Assembly (NCBI RefSeq): GCF_001194135.2
Contig: NC_068997.1
Location: 31,763,924 to 31,827,923, forward strand
DNA length: 64,000 nucleotides
From: Octopus bimaculoides
Lineage: Eukaryota
Direction: 5' to 3'
This document shows positions 1 to 12,510 of the stretch, one piece after another; positions within the stretch are counted from its first letter, which is position 1, and every line of letters starts with the position of its first letter. Both the position numbers and the translations under genes were made by a program. Under the pieces are notes generated by a model. The model ran no database searches. It saw nothing but the letters and a program-made list of their open reading frames with translations, and was not told where the DNA came from.

Positions 1-738
1 CTAGTTTCTTTAGATATTCAAGACCTTCTGAACAATCCATGCTCTATGTAATAGAACAGATTTGTGTATTAATCTTAAACAGCAAATATCATCAATTGAT
101 ATTTCAAAACTTTTACATGGATATGGCTATCATCAAAGGAAAATAAATACTTTATGGCACTTTTTTTTCAATAATGACAGTAAATTTTATGGTGTGAGTG
201 ACTAACAATCATTAAATTTTTTTTAACTTATTCAAAGTAAAAATAAATATAAAAATAAGAAAGATATTTTTTGCTTTTTTTTTCCCCTTTTAGCATACAC
301 AATCATACAATCCTTTCTTGGTGTTTAAGGGTTTAATGCAATTATTATAATTACTCCAATTTCATTAAGGAAACTACCAAATCAGTTGGTAGTAGTACCT
401 AACGAACTTATTACTACTGGGACTACTCATACAGAGACCATCTAATGTTTTCACATTTTCCTTACTAAGTCCAGGTATTTATCATCATCATCATCATTAT
501 TATTATTATTATTGAGGATGCCAAGCTAGCAGAATTGTTAGCATGCTGGGCAAAATACTTAGTGACATTTCATCTGTCTGTACATTCTGAGTTCAACTTC
601 TGCTGAGGTCAACTATGTCTTTCATCCTTTCTATGTTGATAAATTATGTAGCAGTGGAGTACTAGGGTTGATGTACGACTTTATCCCTCCACCAAAATTT
701 AAAGCCTTCTATCCTTCTATCTATAGCAGAAAAGATTA

Positions 739-769
<31 letters not shown>

Positions 770-1217
770 GTTAGGTTTGACCTCGTAAATCCAGCAACCT
801 TAAGATCTAACCATTGAAAAAAAAGGTGATAAAATAAAAATTGGCTTCTAAGGAAAGCCTGTATATAAACATAATCTGGTATTCTTATTCCACACATACA
901 TTAATCTCTTGTCAATGCTAGAACAAAGCTTAAAGCATAAAATAATACAATGCAATACTTCCAACAAGGCTTTTATTGCCATTTCATATAATATACACTA
1001 ATGTTGGAAAATTCAATATGTGCCAGAGCAGGGTAGTTCTTGAATCATAGAGGCTGCTGGACTAAGAGAGGAATTGGACCATAGAAGTTGATAGACCTTA
1101 GGAGTCATTGGACAATGGGAGTTGCTAAAGCAGGAGAGATGCTGGATTATGGCATACTAAATTTAAAAGGCCCAATATGTGATAAAGAAGCGAGATAACT
1201 TCCAATGTGTGCTGTAC

Positions 1218-1366
1218 CTTGTGAAGCTGCATGTAATCATAGTTTTCACTCAAAACTCCTCCAATGTAACAAGTCTTCTTTTCATCTTTTGCCTCTATAA
1301 ATTGAAGGTCTTCAATATTTGATAGAATCTTCTTTAAATACATAGTTAAGACAGTGAGGTTGTTGG
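1218..1366 (-). CDS. Dynein HC exon s: (A)NNLTVLTMYLKKILSNIEDLQF...IGGVLSENYDYMQLHK
   Basis: Acceptor ttttgttttctatttaaag, donor gtacag, 149 nt, phase 1/0; L.K.F.NI..L.F and G..S...E motifs. Confidence 0.9.
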
Positions 1367-1515
1367 CTTTAAATAGAAAACAAAACAGAATAAATTATTA
1401 ATGCATGAAGACTCAAGAATGAAATGCCTAAGACTTGAGATTAATAACCTCATAATTTATGTACCTCTGTTAGTATTTCAAATAACATTCATTGATCATT
1501 TTTCTACAAGTTTTA

Positions 1516-1918
1516 TAGGCAGAGGAGTGGCTGTGTGGTAAGTAGCTTGCTTACCAACCACATGGTTCCGGGTTCAGTCCCACTGCATGGCACCTTGGGC
1601 AAGTGTCTTCTACTATAGCCTCGGGCCGACCAAAGCCTTGTGAGTGGATTTGGTAGACGGAAACTGAAAGAAGCCTGTCGTATGTATATATATATATATA
1701 TGTATGTGTTTCTGAGTCTGTGTTTCCCCCCCCCCACCATCGCTTGACAACTGATGCTGGTGTGTTTACGTCCCGTAACTTAGCAGTTCGGCAAAAAGAG
1801 ACCGATAGAATAAGTACTAGGCTTACAAAGAATAAGTCCTGGGGTCGATTTTCTTGACTAAAGGCGGTGCTCCAGCATGGCCACAGTCAAATGGCTGAAA
1901 CAAGTAAAAGAGTAAAGA
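1516..1918 (+). mobile_element. tRNA-derived SINE (Octopus OR-type-like), representative near-intact copy
   Basis: GGAGTGGCTGTGTGGTAAG...GGGTTCAGTCCC...(TA/TG)n...GACTGAAACAAGTAAAAGAG. More than 15 related copies, e.g. 2337-2740, 13538-13922, 14230-14550, 19565-19790, 20598-21006(-), 26330-26690(-), 29364-29637(-), 38425-38760, 43840-44210, 45455-45845. Confidence 0.85.
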
Positions 1919-2930
1919 GTATACAGATAGTTTCAATCAGGGATTGAGATCGTTTTTAACATAAAGCTCTTATCTGTTTATGCCATCGACCTGTAAGGGT
2001 TTACATTTAAGAAGGTAAATAATGGTGGTGGTGATGATGATGCTGTCGGTGAGGAGGAGGATTATGATGAAGTTGATGACAACAACTAAGATGACGATGA
2101 TGATAAAGATGATGATAATGGTAGTGGTGGTGGTGATTGTGCTCATGATGATGTTGAAAGCTGTTAAAACTAAAGAGGAATAATCAAAATGGCTACAACA
2201 CAACTATTCAAAAGCTTCACCAGATGGAGTCACTAGAACTGCTACATTAAAGGATATTGCACCATTAATTTGTGGAAGCCCAGTCAGAATAGAATGAAAT
2301 AGTCACACCAGAGTACAGCAGGTATTACACTAATAGGTGCAGATGTGGGTGTGTGGTAAGAAACATGCCTCCCAACTACATGGTTCCATGTTCACTCCCA
2401 CTGCATGGCACCTTGGGCAATTGTCTTCTACAACAGCCTGGGACCAACCAAAGTCTTGTGAGTGGAAACTGAAAGAAGCCAGTCATTTATATATGTGTGT
2501 GTATGTGTGTGTGCATGCTTGTGTTTATCGCCTACCACTGCTTAACAGTGGGAGTGAACCCAGAACCATGTAGTTGGGAGGCATCTTTCTTACCATACTG
2601 CTATGCCTGCATCTGTTGGTATAAAACCTGATATACCCTAGTATCAAAAATAAGTATTGGAGCCGATTCATTGGACTAAAAATTCTTCAAGGTGGTGTGC
2701 CAGCATGGCCACAATCTAATGTAACAAGTAGAAAATAAATATTGGGCCCTTGGGTGTCTTTAACAGACTCCACTCTACTGCAGTCATTTGTCAGGTCTCC
2801 GGTTTCTTTTCCTCAGCACCTCCTCCCACAAGTCTTAGAGATCCTTACTTCCCCCACCCTCAAAAAAGCAATCCTTCCTCCTCTGGCTAATCAATATACA
2901 GCAAAAACGATTCAAATATGTTGTTCATAC

Positions 2931-3074
2931 CATAGCATAAAAGTTGAAGAACTTCAACCGAAGAAAGAAAGTAAAACCGTGGACATAATTGTTGGAAGTG
3001 ATCAATTTGGCGAAAGAGAGCTTTATGACATTTCTCAAATGTGTATAAGACACTTTCCAAAAATGGTTGGATCC
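2931..3074 (-). CDS. Dynein HC exon r: (W)IQPFLESVLYTFEKCHKALFRQIDHFQQLCPRFYFLSSVEVLQLLCY
   Basis: Acceptor ttttctctatctgcag, donor gtatga, 144 nt, phase 1/1; PRFYFLS motif. Confidence 0.95.
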
Positions 3075-3859
3075 CTGCAGATAGAGAAAATAACATTGAC
3101 ATAAAAATTACAAAACAAAACAAATAAAGACATCATTGTATTATCAATTATATTATATTTCTTTTAATTCCTTAGCTTTACATTTTTGATTTTTCCTGTT
3201 GCCATTATTTTACCATACTTTTAGCAGAATTGTTAGCATGCTGGGTGATATGCTTACCGGTATTTCACCCATCACTATGTTCTGAGTTCCAATTCCGCTG
3301 AGGTCAATTTCCCTTTCATCCTTTCGGGGTCGATTAAACAAATACCAGTTACACACTGGGGTCGTTGTAATCAACTTAATCCCCTCCCCCAAGATGTCCT
3401 TGTGGTAAAAATTTGAAATCATTATTTTGCCATACTTTAAGCTGGCAGAATCATTAGCACACCAGGCAAAATGCTTAGTGGCATTTCGTCTGTCCTTATG
3501 TTCTGAGTTCAAATTCTACCAAAGTCAACTTTGCCTTTCATCCTTTCAGGGTCAATAAAATAAGTACCACTTGAGCACTCGGGTCAATATAATTGACTTG
3601 TCCCCTCCTCCAAAATTTCAGGCCTTGTGCCTATAATAGAAAGGATTATTTTACCATACTTTAGCATAAAAGTGGTTGTGTGGTAAGATGTTTTGGGTTC
3701 AGTCTCACTGCATGGTACCTTAAGTGTTTTTCAACTTATAGCCCAGGGTCAACCAAAGCCTTGTGAGTGGATTTGGTAGATGGAAACTGAAAGAAGCCCA
3801 TTATATGTGTGTGAGTGTATATGAATATGTGTGTGTGTGTACGTCAAAGATTGTTGGTC

Positions 3860-4095
3860 AGAGAGTGACCATTGGTTTCATACCTATAAGGTTTTTAGTT
3901 TAGAGGTTCTTAGTACTGTATGGAATTTCCACCTACACTTTATTTACATATGAAATTGGGCCATTTACCTGAAGGGATTAGTGTTCTGACTGTTTCCCTG
4001 CTAATTAGAACTTTAGTCTTTGCTAAGTTAACTTTAAAACCCTTTGATTCTAGGTTTTGCTTCCATACTTGGAATTTTAATTCTAATTCTTCTAC
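3860..4095 (-). mobile_element. RTE-clade LINE internal fragment
   Basis: ELKFQVWKQNLESKGFKVNLAKTK on the minus strand. Confidence 0.7.
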
Positions 4096-4968
4096 ACTTT
4101 CAGCTACATACACACATACACACCCACAAATGGCTTCTTTCAGTTTCTTTCCATAGCAATTATGGGAACTAATTTAAGTGATTATCATATTAAAGAAATT
4201 TTTAAAAACTTACAAATAAATGTTTTTTCATTCTTAAATGGTATCAAAAGATTTTTGATAAGACATTTTAAAATTCTTCATTATCAGTTAAAGAATTAAT
4301 GAACCTTATTCTTTAACTGATAATTATTTTAATTGTAGTGTTTGTTGTTCTAAGTGTGAAATTATTTGTCTACCAAATCTGATTCTGGTCAGCCCAGAGT
4401 CATAACAGAAAACACTTGCCTAAGATACTGTACAGTGGGTCTGAACCCAAGCTCATATGGTCAGGAAGCAACCTTCTCAACCACACAGCCATACCCACAC
4501 CAACACATATACATGAAACGAGATGGCAAGGCTATGTTAATGTAGAAGCTCCACTTAGGGATCACTTTCACTTTTCTGGCATTTTACTAAGGTCTGGCAA
4601 TGACCCAATCCAAAGTTGTCAGGTTTAATCCTTTAGTGTTCAGATTAGTCTGTCAAATGTAATGTTTGTTTAGTTATATTGTTTGAATTAATCAGACATT
4701 ATCTTGTAGTTTAGAGATTTTGATGATGTGATTGTTTAGTTTTAGAATGATATTGTAGGGTTGGGGCAAGAGCTCTGATTTGGTCAGTTTCAACATAAAA
4801 CAGGTTAAATATTTGGGTCTCATATAGCTGGTTTAAATGCTAATGGGTTAAGGGGATTTAAGATTGAATCTCTAATCTACATCATCTATTATCATTACAT
4901 TTTAAAATTCCATTACTGAGTTCCACAAACAAAGATCTATCACAGATACAGACTTGAAATATCCTTAC

Positions 4969-5104
4969 ACTTTTTACTGCAGTTCTGCATAACATTTGGA
5001 GCTTTTTCAATAGACTTCATCAAACAACAATATTTCAGGTGAGCCTTTCTAAATGTTTTTGTTTCAACTGGTAACAGCTGCTGCACATCATAATTGGAAA
5101 ATGC
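4969..5104 (-). CDS. Dynein HC exon q: AFSNYDVQQLLPVETKTFRKAHLKYCCLMKSIEKAPNVMQNCSKK
   Basis: Acceptor tttttttaag, donor gtaagg, 136 nt, phase 0/1; F...D....LP.E...F and PNV motifs. Confidence 0.9.
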
Positions 5105-6239
5105 CTTAAAAAAAATAATAAAAAGGATTTTGTATATTTTCTTCTGTGATTTCTGTCAATAGATTGTGGTCATGTTGGGGTACCATCTGAAAGGATTTAG
5201 TCAACCATATCAACCCAAGCATTTATTTTATCAAAAGAAACATAACATACACCACACTGATTTTTTGAGTGGACACAAACACAGACACAAACCTAGTCAC
5301 ACTCGCATAGATGTGCACCCATGCACCACACCCATCCACCCACATGTAACTGTCTAGGGAGCTGTTGCCATACTTTTCATACTAGCCCATCTAACAAATA
5401 CTGTTTTAGGTTCTTCCCAAACCAGTGTGTGAAAGCAATTGGTAAAATTAGAGCCACTTCTTAGCCACTATTGTTCTCATTTCTGCTCTGATCTAGAGTA
5501 CCAGCACCTGTCAAGGTTAACTTGCATGTGATGAGATTCCAACTGAATGCAGTGACACAGAAATACCCTTGATTAGTGCCAGAATATGCAGTAAAACCAC
5601 AGAGAGTGAGAGACCCCCTAGCTGTTGTCACAACATCCTTCTAAAAGTGGGATGCTATGATGTAAACTTGGGGTTTCAAGTGATTGCTGGTCATCTCACT
5701 ATGGCCTGTCACAGGGTATTAATCACAGAGACTCAGAGAATGATACTTGCATTATACAAACGTTTATCACTATAATCCAATGACATACATATGGAAACCT
5801 CATTTGGCATTCCATCTATTGAAAGTCTTATGGCGATGGTAGTGAGGTGACATGTGCATATGTAGCCAGTTGGAGGTGCATAGTAAGTTACAACTTTCAT
5901 CTGTCACCTACGCTTCAAACTATGCAGATCTACAATGGGAATGAATAGTTATCAGAGAGGTCATGCATGGAAAGTCAGAGATGCCATTAACAACAAGGAA
6001 GCACAAGAGAGTAATAATCTATGAAAATAGAGCAATCACCATCTGTGTATGCATGTAAGTATTTGTAAATATGTTTGTAAGTATTTGTAAATATGTCTTC
6101 ACACTACACATTCTCGTTTCTTTCTTAGTAATCTGCTGTGAAAGTTTCAGTTTTTTTTTTGTACCTCATTAAGCCCTTGTGGCTAATAAAGAAACGATTA
6201 TTATTACCATTATTATTATTATTATTATTATCATCATCA

Positions 6240-6455
6240 GGACAGTCAGCTGGCAGAATTGTTAGTGCACTGGACAAAATGCTTAGCAGTATTTGCCTAT
6301 TGCTACATTCTGAGTTCAAATTCCACTGAGATCGACATTGCCTTTCATTCTTTCGGGCTTGATAAAATAAGTACCAGTGAAACACTGGGGTTGATGTAAT
6401 CGACTAGATCCCTCCCCCACAATTTCAGGCCTTGTGTCTTCAGTAGAAAGGATTA
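6240..6455 (+). mobile_element. Second SINE family with a Nin-like central domain, representative copy
   Basis: GCTGGCAGAAT.GTTAGC...TTCTGAGTTCAAATTCC...GCCTTTCATCCTTTCGGG..GATAAA..AAGTACCAG. Copies at 515-735, 3220-3650 (two), 6473-6680, 18660-18865(-), 32098-32310, 35965-36170(-), 44700-44930(-), 48720-49140(-, two). Confidence 0.8.
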
Positions 6456-6983
6456 TTATTGTTATTACTACTAAGGCAGCGAGCTGGTGGAACCATTAGC
6501 ACACTGTGCAAAATGCTTAGCAGTATTTCATCCATCTTTATGTTCTGAGTTCAAATTCTGCCATGGTCAACTTTACCTTTTATCCTTTCAGGATTGATAA
6601 ATTAAGTACCAGCTAAATACTGAGGTCAATATAATCAACTATCCCCCTCTGCCGAAATTGCCAGCCTTGTGACAAAATTTGAAATTGTTGTTGTTGTTGT
6701 TGTTACTGTTGCTATCCTCTTAGAGTACATGTGCTCTACTCTGCAAGAGACTTTCTACAACTCTAATGAAATGTAGATTTGGTTATAAGCCAGTCTTTAT
6801 TATTGTAGATTTTTTTCTCTTACCAGGAGTTTTAATTTCATTAAATTTTTAATAAGTTTAGAGAACAGTTATCAAGCAATTGTCATGTGTATACATAGAG
6901 AAAATATACACAAAGAATATGATATCATATAGCATCAACATATAAATGATTAATACTTAAAAACAACATTCAGATATTTGTAC

Positions 6984-7193
6984 CTCAACTAGCTGATCCA
7001 TATAATCTTGTACTTTCTGCCATAAAACCAATATAGTTTCCATTCTAAGAAGCTGGCTGTACCATTTATTTATTACATCATGTAATGATGAAATATTCTC
7101 ATTCTGCATGAACATAGACAAGATTTGTTGGTGATCTGTTAAATCCTTGAGTAATGTGTCTATATTGGCCAACATCAGAACAGTATTTGCTGT
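6984..7193 (-). CDS. Dynein HC exon p: TANTVLMLANIDTLLKDLTDHQQIL...KWYSQL...LWQKVQDYMDQLVE
   Basis: Acceptor ttatttcttttatttag, donor gtacaa, 210 nt, phase 0/0; L.DH...L, W...L and W..VQ motifs. Confidence 0.93.
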
Positions 7194-7247
7194 CTAAATA
7201 AAAGAAATAAGTTTCAGAATTATATTACATCTATAAATAGAGGGGCA

Positions 7248-7762
7248 ATATTTATCCCCACTTAAACATGGATGTTCTGTTAAAACAAATTTTACTGCAG
7301 TAGATATCATGAGAGAAACTTTCATATTGGCTTTTTTGGTCAAAATGCAAACTTGTTTACATCGCTAGTGGAGAGATAAATCCCTGCTATCTCCTGTGCC
7401 AAGACCACCAGATCATGTGATTTTGACCTTGTTTGGTCTTGTCAATGATGGGACACTTGACCACTAGAGGCAGCAACAATTCATCTCCCCACCAGCGATA
7501 TACAGATTGTCATAATTAACCAGTGAACTTGCTAAAATACATATATATTAGCAATGGAGGCAGTATCAATATCAAGTGTCTATTGATATGACCAAACAAG
7601 GTCAAAATCACATGACTTGGCGGTGGCAGAGTCATCTCCCTGCTAGCAATATCAACAAGAGTGCATTTTGCACCAAAAGCCAGTATGAAAGTTTTTCTCG
7701 TAGTAACTGCCGCAGTATAGTTTGTTCTAATAAAACATCCACGTTTAAGTGGGGATAAATAT
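7248..7762. repeat. Long imperfect inverted repeat (foldback/MITE), ~200-bp arms
   Basis: 7248-7460 is the reverse complement of 7572-7762, with scattered mismatches. Confidence 0.8.
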
Positions 7763-10232
7763 CACCTCTTAGTATTAATACTGCCTCTAGTGCTAATATA
7801 TATTTCTATAAATACAGTACCATGATTTGCATGAGAGCAGAACACCATGTCCCAGAATATAACCAAAATACTTACATTTTATGTAAAACCTCTTATAGTT
7901 ACTATCTAGTCTTTGTTTACTGACAACAACACTTTATATTATTTGGAATCAGCATTTAGTGAAGAAAGGTGAGGTTTTTCTTTTTTTTTTTTTTTTCAAT
8001 GTGGTTTTCAGTAAATTTCCATTTTCATAAATGATTACATAATCACAAGATAAATATGAGCTCTACCAACTGATGAGTCCTTTTAAAAACAAATAATTTC
8101 TGATCAAATGAGCAATTAATTTATTATTACGTTACACATTTTTGAAGAATGCATTTACACACAAACACACACGCATACATACACTGTGTGGGGAAAGAGG
8201 TGTATGTAAGTAATATGTGCTTATATATATGTGTGTTTGTATGTGTGTGTATATTAAAACTTTAAAGTCCTGTGGGAAAGCAACAAAAATGAACCACATC
8301 ATGGTCATGGTCTGAAACCCTGTGAGTCATTAGGCACCATATGTGACTCAAGTCATCTCCCTATAAGTGCCTTTAGCACATTTTTAATAATACTATTAAC
8401 CCGCCTGTTATTTTCTCCTCAAATATCATCCTATATTATGTCTCTCTCTGTCCAAGAGGATTATACCACAAACTTTGTTCATGATATAAAACATTATCAG
8501 AGAACATTCCATGACACAAGCAGCAATTGTGTTTGAATATCATTTTCAGTACATCTTTGTTTAGACTAGAAATAAGTGTTGTTGTTTTACAGAAAGTTGA
8601 TTTGGTGATAAACTTGACCTTTTAAACTTATTTATCTTCTGACTTTACATAGGGAGGACATGGAAACTAGTTTATATTTTTGACTATATTCTGCTTGTCT
8701 GTAAATATCAATTTTCAATTCTATCTTACCATTGACTTGAAAGCTTAATACATTTGGACTGTATTCTTTGTTTATCAGGAATTTCAGACTTGATGCTTGG
8801 CTGCATTTTCAGTATAGATGGCATAAACAAACCCAAAGTTAAAATATTTGATCAAGCTAAAAGTTAATCAGCCAATCAGAATAAAGATCAGTCATTAGTG
8901 TGTAATTAGACTGTTTACAAAAGTCAGCTTGCAAATAATACTGTTTCAGGTAGTTTTATATATTTTTTCCAATTTTTAGAGCATGAAGTCCAGTACACAT
9001 AAATACATTCGGGGAATAAACACAAAGGTGTAGATTGTTTACAGGTGATGACTGTATTGCAAAGTTTAGAAGGTTCTGGTGAATATCAAAGGGAATTCAA
9101 TCAAACATATTCAAATATTGACTTGAAGTCAGTTGAAAGAGAATGATAGATATGTGGAAAATGGCTCTCAATCAGCTGACAGTAGTCATTGTCATCATTA
9201 GCAACAGCATCATCAGTATCATTGGTGTCATCATCATCATTTTAACATCTATTTTCCATGCTCACAGGGCCAGACGGAATTTTCTGAGGTGCATGTTTTA
9301 TGACCAGATGCCCTTCCTGTTGCCAACCTTCACCTGTTTCCAATCAAGGTAATATTTCCCTCTGACCAGACATTCTTTCATAGAATATTAGAAATAAAGG
9401 ACACTATTTGCATGATGGTGACACTTGTTTATGATTATCATGTGATGTCGAGGCAAGGGGACAGTAACACACACACAGATAAATATATATCCAATAGGGC
9501 TTCTTTCTATTTCCATCTACCAAGTCCACTCACAAGGATTGGGTATAACCCAGGGCTATATATAGTAGAAGACATTTGCCCAAGGTACCACTCAGTGGAA
9601 TTGGACCCACACCATGTGGTTGGGAAACAAACTTCTTACCACATAGCCATTGGTGATTCTGTGGAGTAGTTTCCAGTAAATCTCTTTTCACTTGCCCCCT
9701 GACTGGCTCCTGTTCTGGTGACATGTAAAATGCATCATCCAAACATGGTCAATGCCAAGTCCGCCTGACTAGCACATAAAAAGCACCATCGAAACGTAGC
9801 TGATGCCAGTACCCACTGACTGGATCCTGTGCCAGTGACATGTAAAAAGCACCCACTACACTCTTGGAGTGGTTAGTGTTAGGAAGGGCATCTAGCTGTA
9901 AAAATATTGCCAGACCAGATCGGAGCCTGGTGCAGCCACTGGCTCTCCAGACCTCATTCAAACTGTCCAACCCATGCCAGTATCGAAAATGGACATTTAA
10001 ACGATGATGATGATGATGAAGATGCATATTTTCATGTGTTTCAGTTGTGAAGCAGTTCTTAATTATCTCCGTGTTGAAAACTGTTAGGGCTAAAGCAATT
10101 ATTCATCTGCTAAAATCCTAATCAATGAAAATATCAAATTATCTACATTCATCAAGATAGGATATTGCAGAAATTGGTATTATTGTCTATAAAGCTTTGG
10201 AGCATTCTTTTAATTAGATCATAAAAACTTAC

Positions 10233-10379
10233 CTCAGCATCTTGAAAATTCATTCTTGAAACTGATAAAGAAGATATACTATGACAAGAATTAGCTCTGC
10301 TGGTGAAAGGAGTTTCTGTGTAATCAGGGGTAGCTGTGTTCTCTGCAGCTGCCATGGCACAATCACTTGACAAATCTAA
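10233..10379 (-). CDS. Dynein HC insertion exon o: LDLSSDCAMAAAENTATPDYTETPFTSRANSCHSISSLSVSRMNFQDAE
   Basis: Strong donor GAG|gtaagt, acceptor at the end of a (TAT)n tract, 147 nt with no stop, phase 0/0 between two phase-0 neighbours. No recognisable dynein homology. Confidence 0.62.
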
Positions 10380-10380
10380 C

Positions 10381-10426
<46 letters not shown>

Positions 10427-10850
10427 GAAACATGATAGGGAATTGGTGTAGTGTTTGTAGATAAATGGTCTGGAAGATAGCAGTTGTTATGTCCAGGGTT
10501 GAACCTGGCATTTTTAAGCCTGTATGACATGTAGTTTTAATATTGGAAAGAAAATAAATATCATTCATTTTTTTTTTACTTGTTTCAGTCATTCAACTGT
10601 TGCGATTCTAGGGTATCACATTGAAGTGTTTTAGTTGATCAAATCAACCCAAGTACTTATGTTCATTCTTTTTTTTTTTAAGTTAGGTACTTATTCTATC
10701 ATTTGTTTTGCTGAAGTGCTAAGTTACAAAGATGTCAGCAATCTAATGATGATTGTCATATGGTGGTGGAGGGTGACAAACAGAGACACAAGAAACAGAG
10801 ACACAAGAAACAGATACACATAGACGTGTGTGTGTGTGTGTGTGTGTGCA

Positions 10851-10893
<43 letters not shown>

Positions 10894-12021
10894 AGCTTCT
10901 GTACAGCTTCTGTACAACAAATTCACTCACAAGGCATTGGTCTGCCCAGGGTTATATCAGAAGACACGCTTTCCTAAGGTCCTCCACAGTGTGACTGGCC
11001 CCAGACCACATAGTTGCAAAGTGAGTTCCTTAGCCAATAAATTTATTATTATGATGAGTGGTGGCAGGGTGACTATAGAATGGAGATAGAAGTATAGAGT
11101 GTTGATAGTAGTTACAGAAAGGTCGGCGGGTTAATATAGCATGGAGGTGTAGGCAGTCTTGAGTTGTAGCAGTAGTGAGGTGTGTCCGATAAGCTCACTG
11201 TCATCAAATCACTGCAGGGAAAGTTCACTGTCATCAATTCACCATCTTTTTTTTTTTTCAATAAAATAGTCTTTGACTATTAATAGTGTGATTCTATGGA
11301 TATATTTTCTCAGTAAACTTTCCTCATGGTGAACTTCCTTCATGATGAATTGATGGCGGTGAACTCTCCTGCAATGATTTGATTGCGGTGAATTTATCTG
11401 TAACTGTAGTATCTAGAGTGATTTCAGATTTGTTACAGAATGGTCATAAAAGTATCAAGTCTGTGTAGAGGGAGTAGAGTTGTAGCATAAGAAATACACA
11501 AAGAGTAATAGTGGAGGTGTATATTGCTGTTAAATCTCATAATCTAAGACAGGCATAACAACTTCTTTTGAGAAACAGTCTGCATAAGACATGGCACCAG
11601 ACAGGCTGCATTAGTGGAAAAATCAAAAATTGTCTGCGTCAAAAAATAAAAAACCAGTTGAGTACTGGTCTTGTGTCAAAATACATTTTATGTATTTGTT
11701 TGCAAGATCCTTGATGTAAAATCATGTTTTGAAACCGATATTGTTATACTTGCTGGTGGTCATATTTTGCCAATTAAAATAATAATAATAAAGCTGAAGT
11801 GAAGTTTAATTGGCAAAATATGACCATCCCCAAGTGTAACAATCAAGGTAATTTAATTTTTCTTTAAGTGAGCCATTCAGATATCACCAAGGGCCACAGG
11901 TTAACCTTGACTGATGCAAGACAACATGTAAATGACCAAATTTCTAGAATATTTTTCAGTGTGTGAAACTAGAAGGAAACATGAGAATCAAGGAGAAAAA
12001 GATCACATTCTGGAGATTTAC

Positions 12022-12173
12022 TTGTTCTTTGGAATGTTCTGTTTTTGGTAAATGATGTAACTTTAAGATGAAGATCTGGTTAATCCACATTTCTTCACAC
12101 TTCTGTAAGGACTTTTCTATAGAAACTTCTTTCTCTGCACATTTGACAACTTGCTGTACATCATCGATGTGCT
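12022..12173 (-). CDS. Dynein HC exon n: (E)HIDDVQQVVKCAEKEVSIEKSLQKCEEMWINQIF...SKEQ
   Basis: Acceptor ttttatatttcccaacag, donor gtaaat, 152 nt, phase 1/0; A.KE..IEK.L.....W motif. Confidence 0.93.
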
Positions 12174-12330
12174 CTGTTGGGAAATATAAAAACATTTTAT
12201 TTAGGCAAATAGTCTGATGATATCAACCTTGAAAGAGAAATAATGTAGATATGGGTATGTAGAAAATACAGTTGGAAATATCAGTCTATGCACATACACA
12301 CACACACTCACACACGAGTTTGTGAGCACA

Positions 12331-12365
<35 letters not shown>

Positions 12366-12475
12366 TTATGTAGTAAATCCCAAAAATGAAGAACAACAAA
12401 CCCCAAAAACACAACAATGTGAGGACGTAGGACATGTAAAGTATTAGCAGACGCTCAGGGAAAGAAAGAAAGATG

Positions 12476-12510
12476 GTTTAATGTTTCGAGCAAGGCTCTT
12501 CTTCAGAAAC
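12476..12510 (-). ncRNA. Type I hammerhead motif with decayed stem III
   Basis: GTTT-CTGAAGA-A-GAGC(CTT)GCTC-GAAA-CA-TT-AAAC. Confidence 0.58.

Noticed and set aside
2742-3104. 120-aa plus-strand ORF
   Set aside because: Antisense shadow of the dynein exon at 2931-3074; no independent motif.
8068-8110. CTGATGAGTCC, a possible hammerhead
   Set aside because: No GGAC/GAAA partner and no stem I; too degenerate to call.
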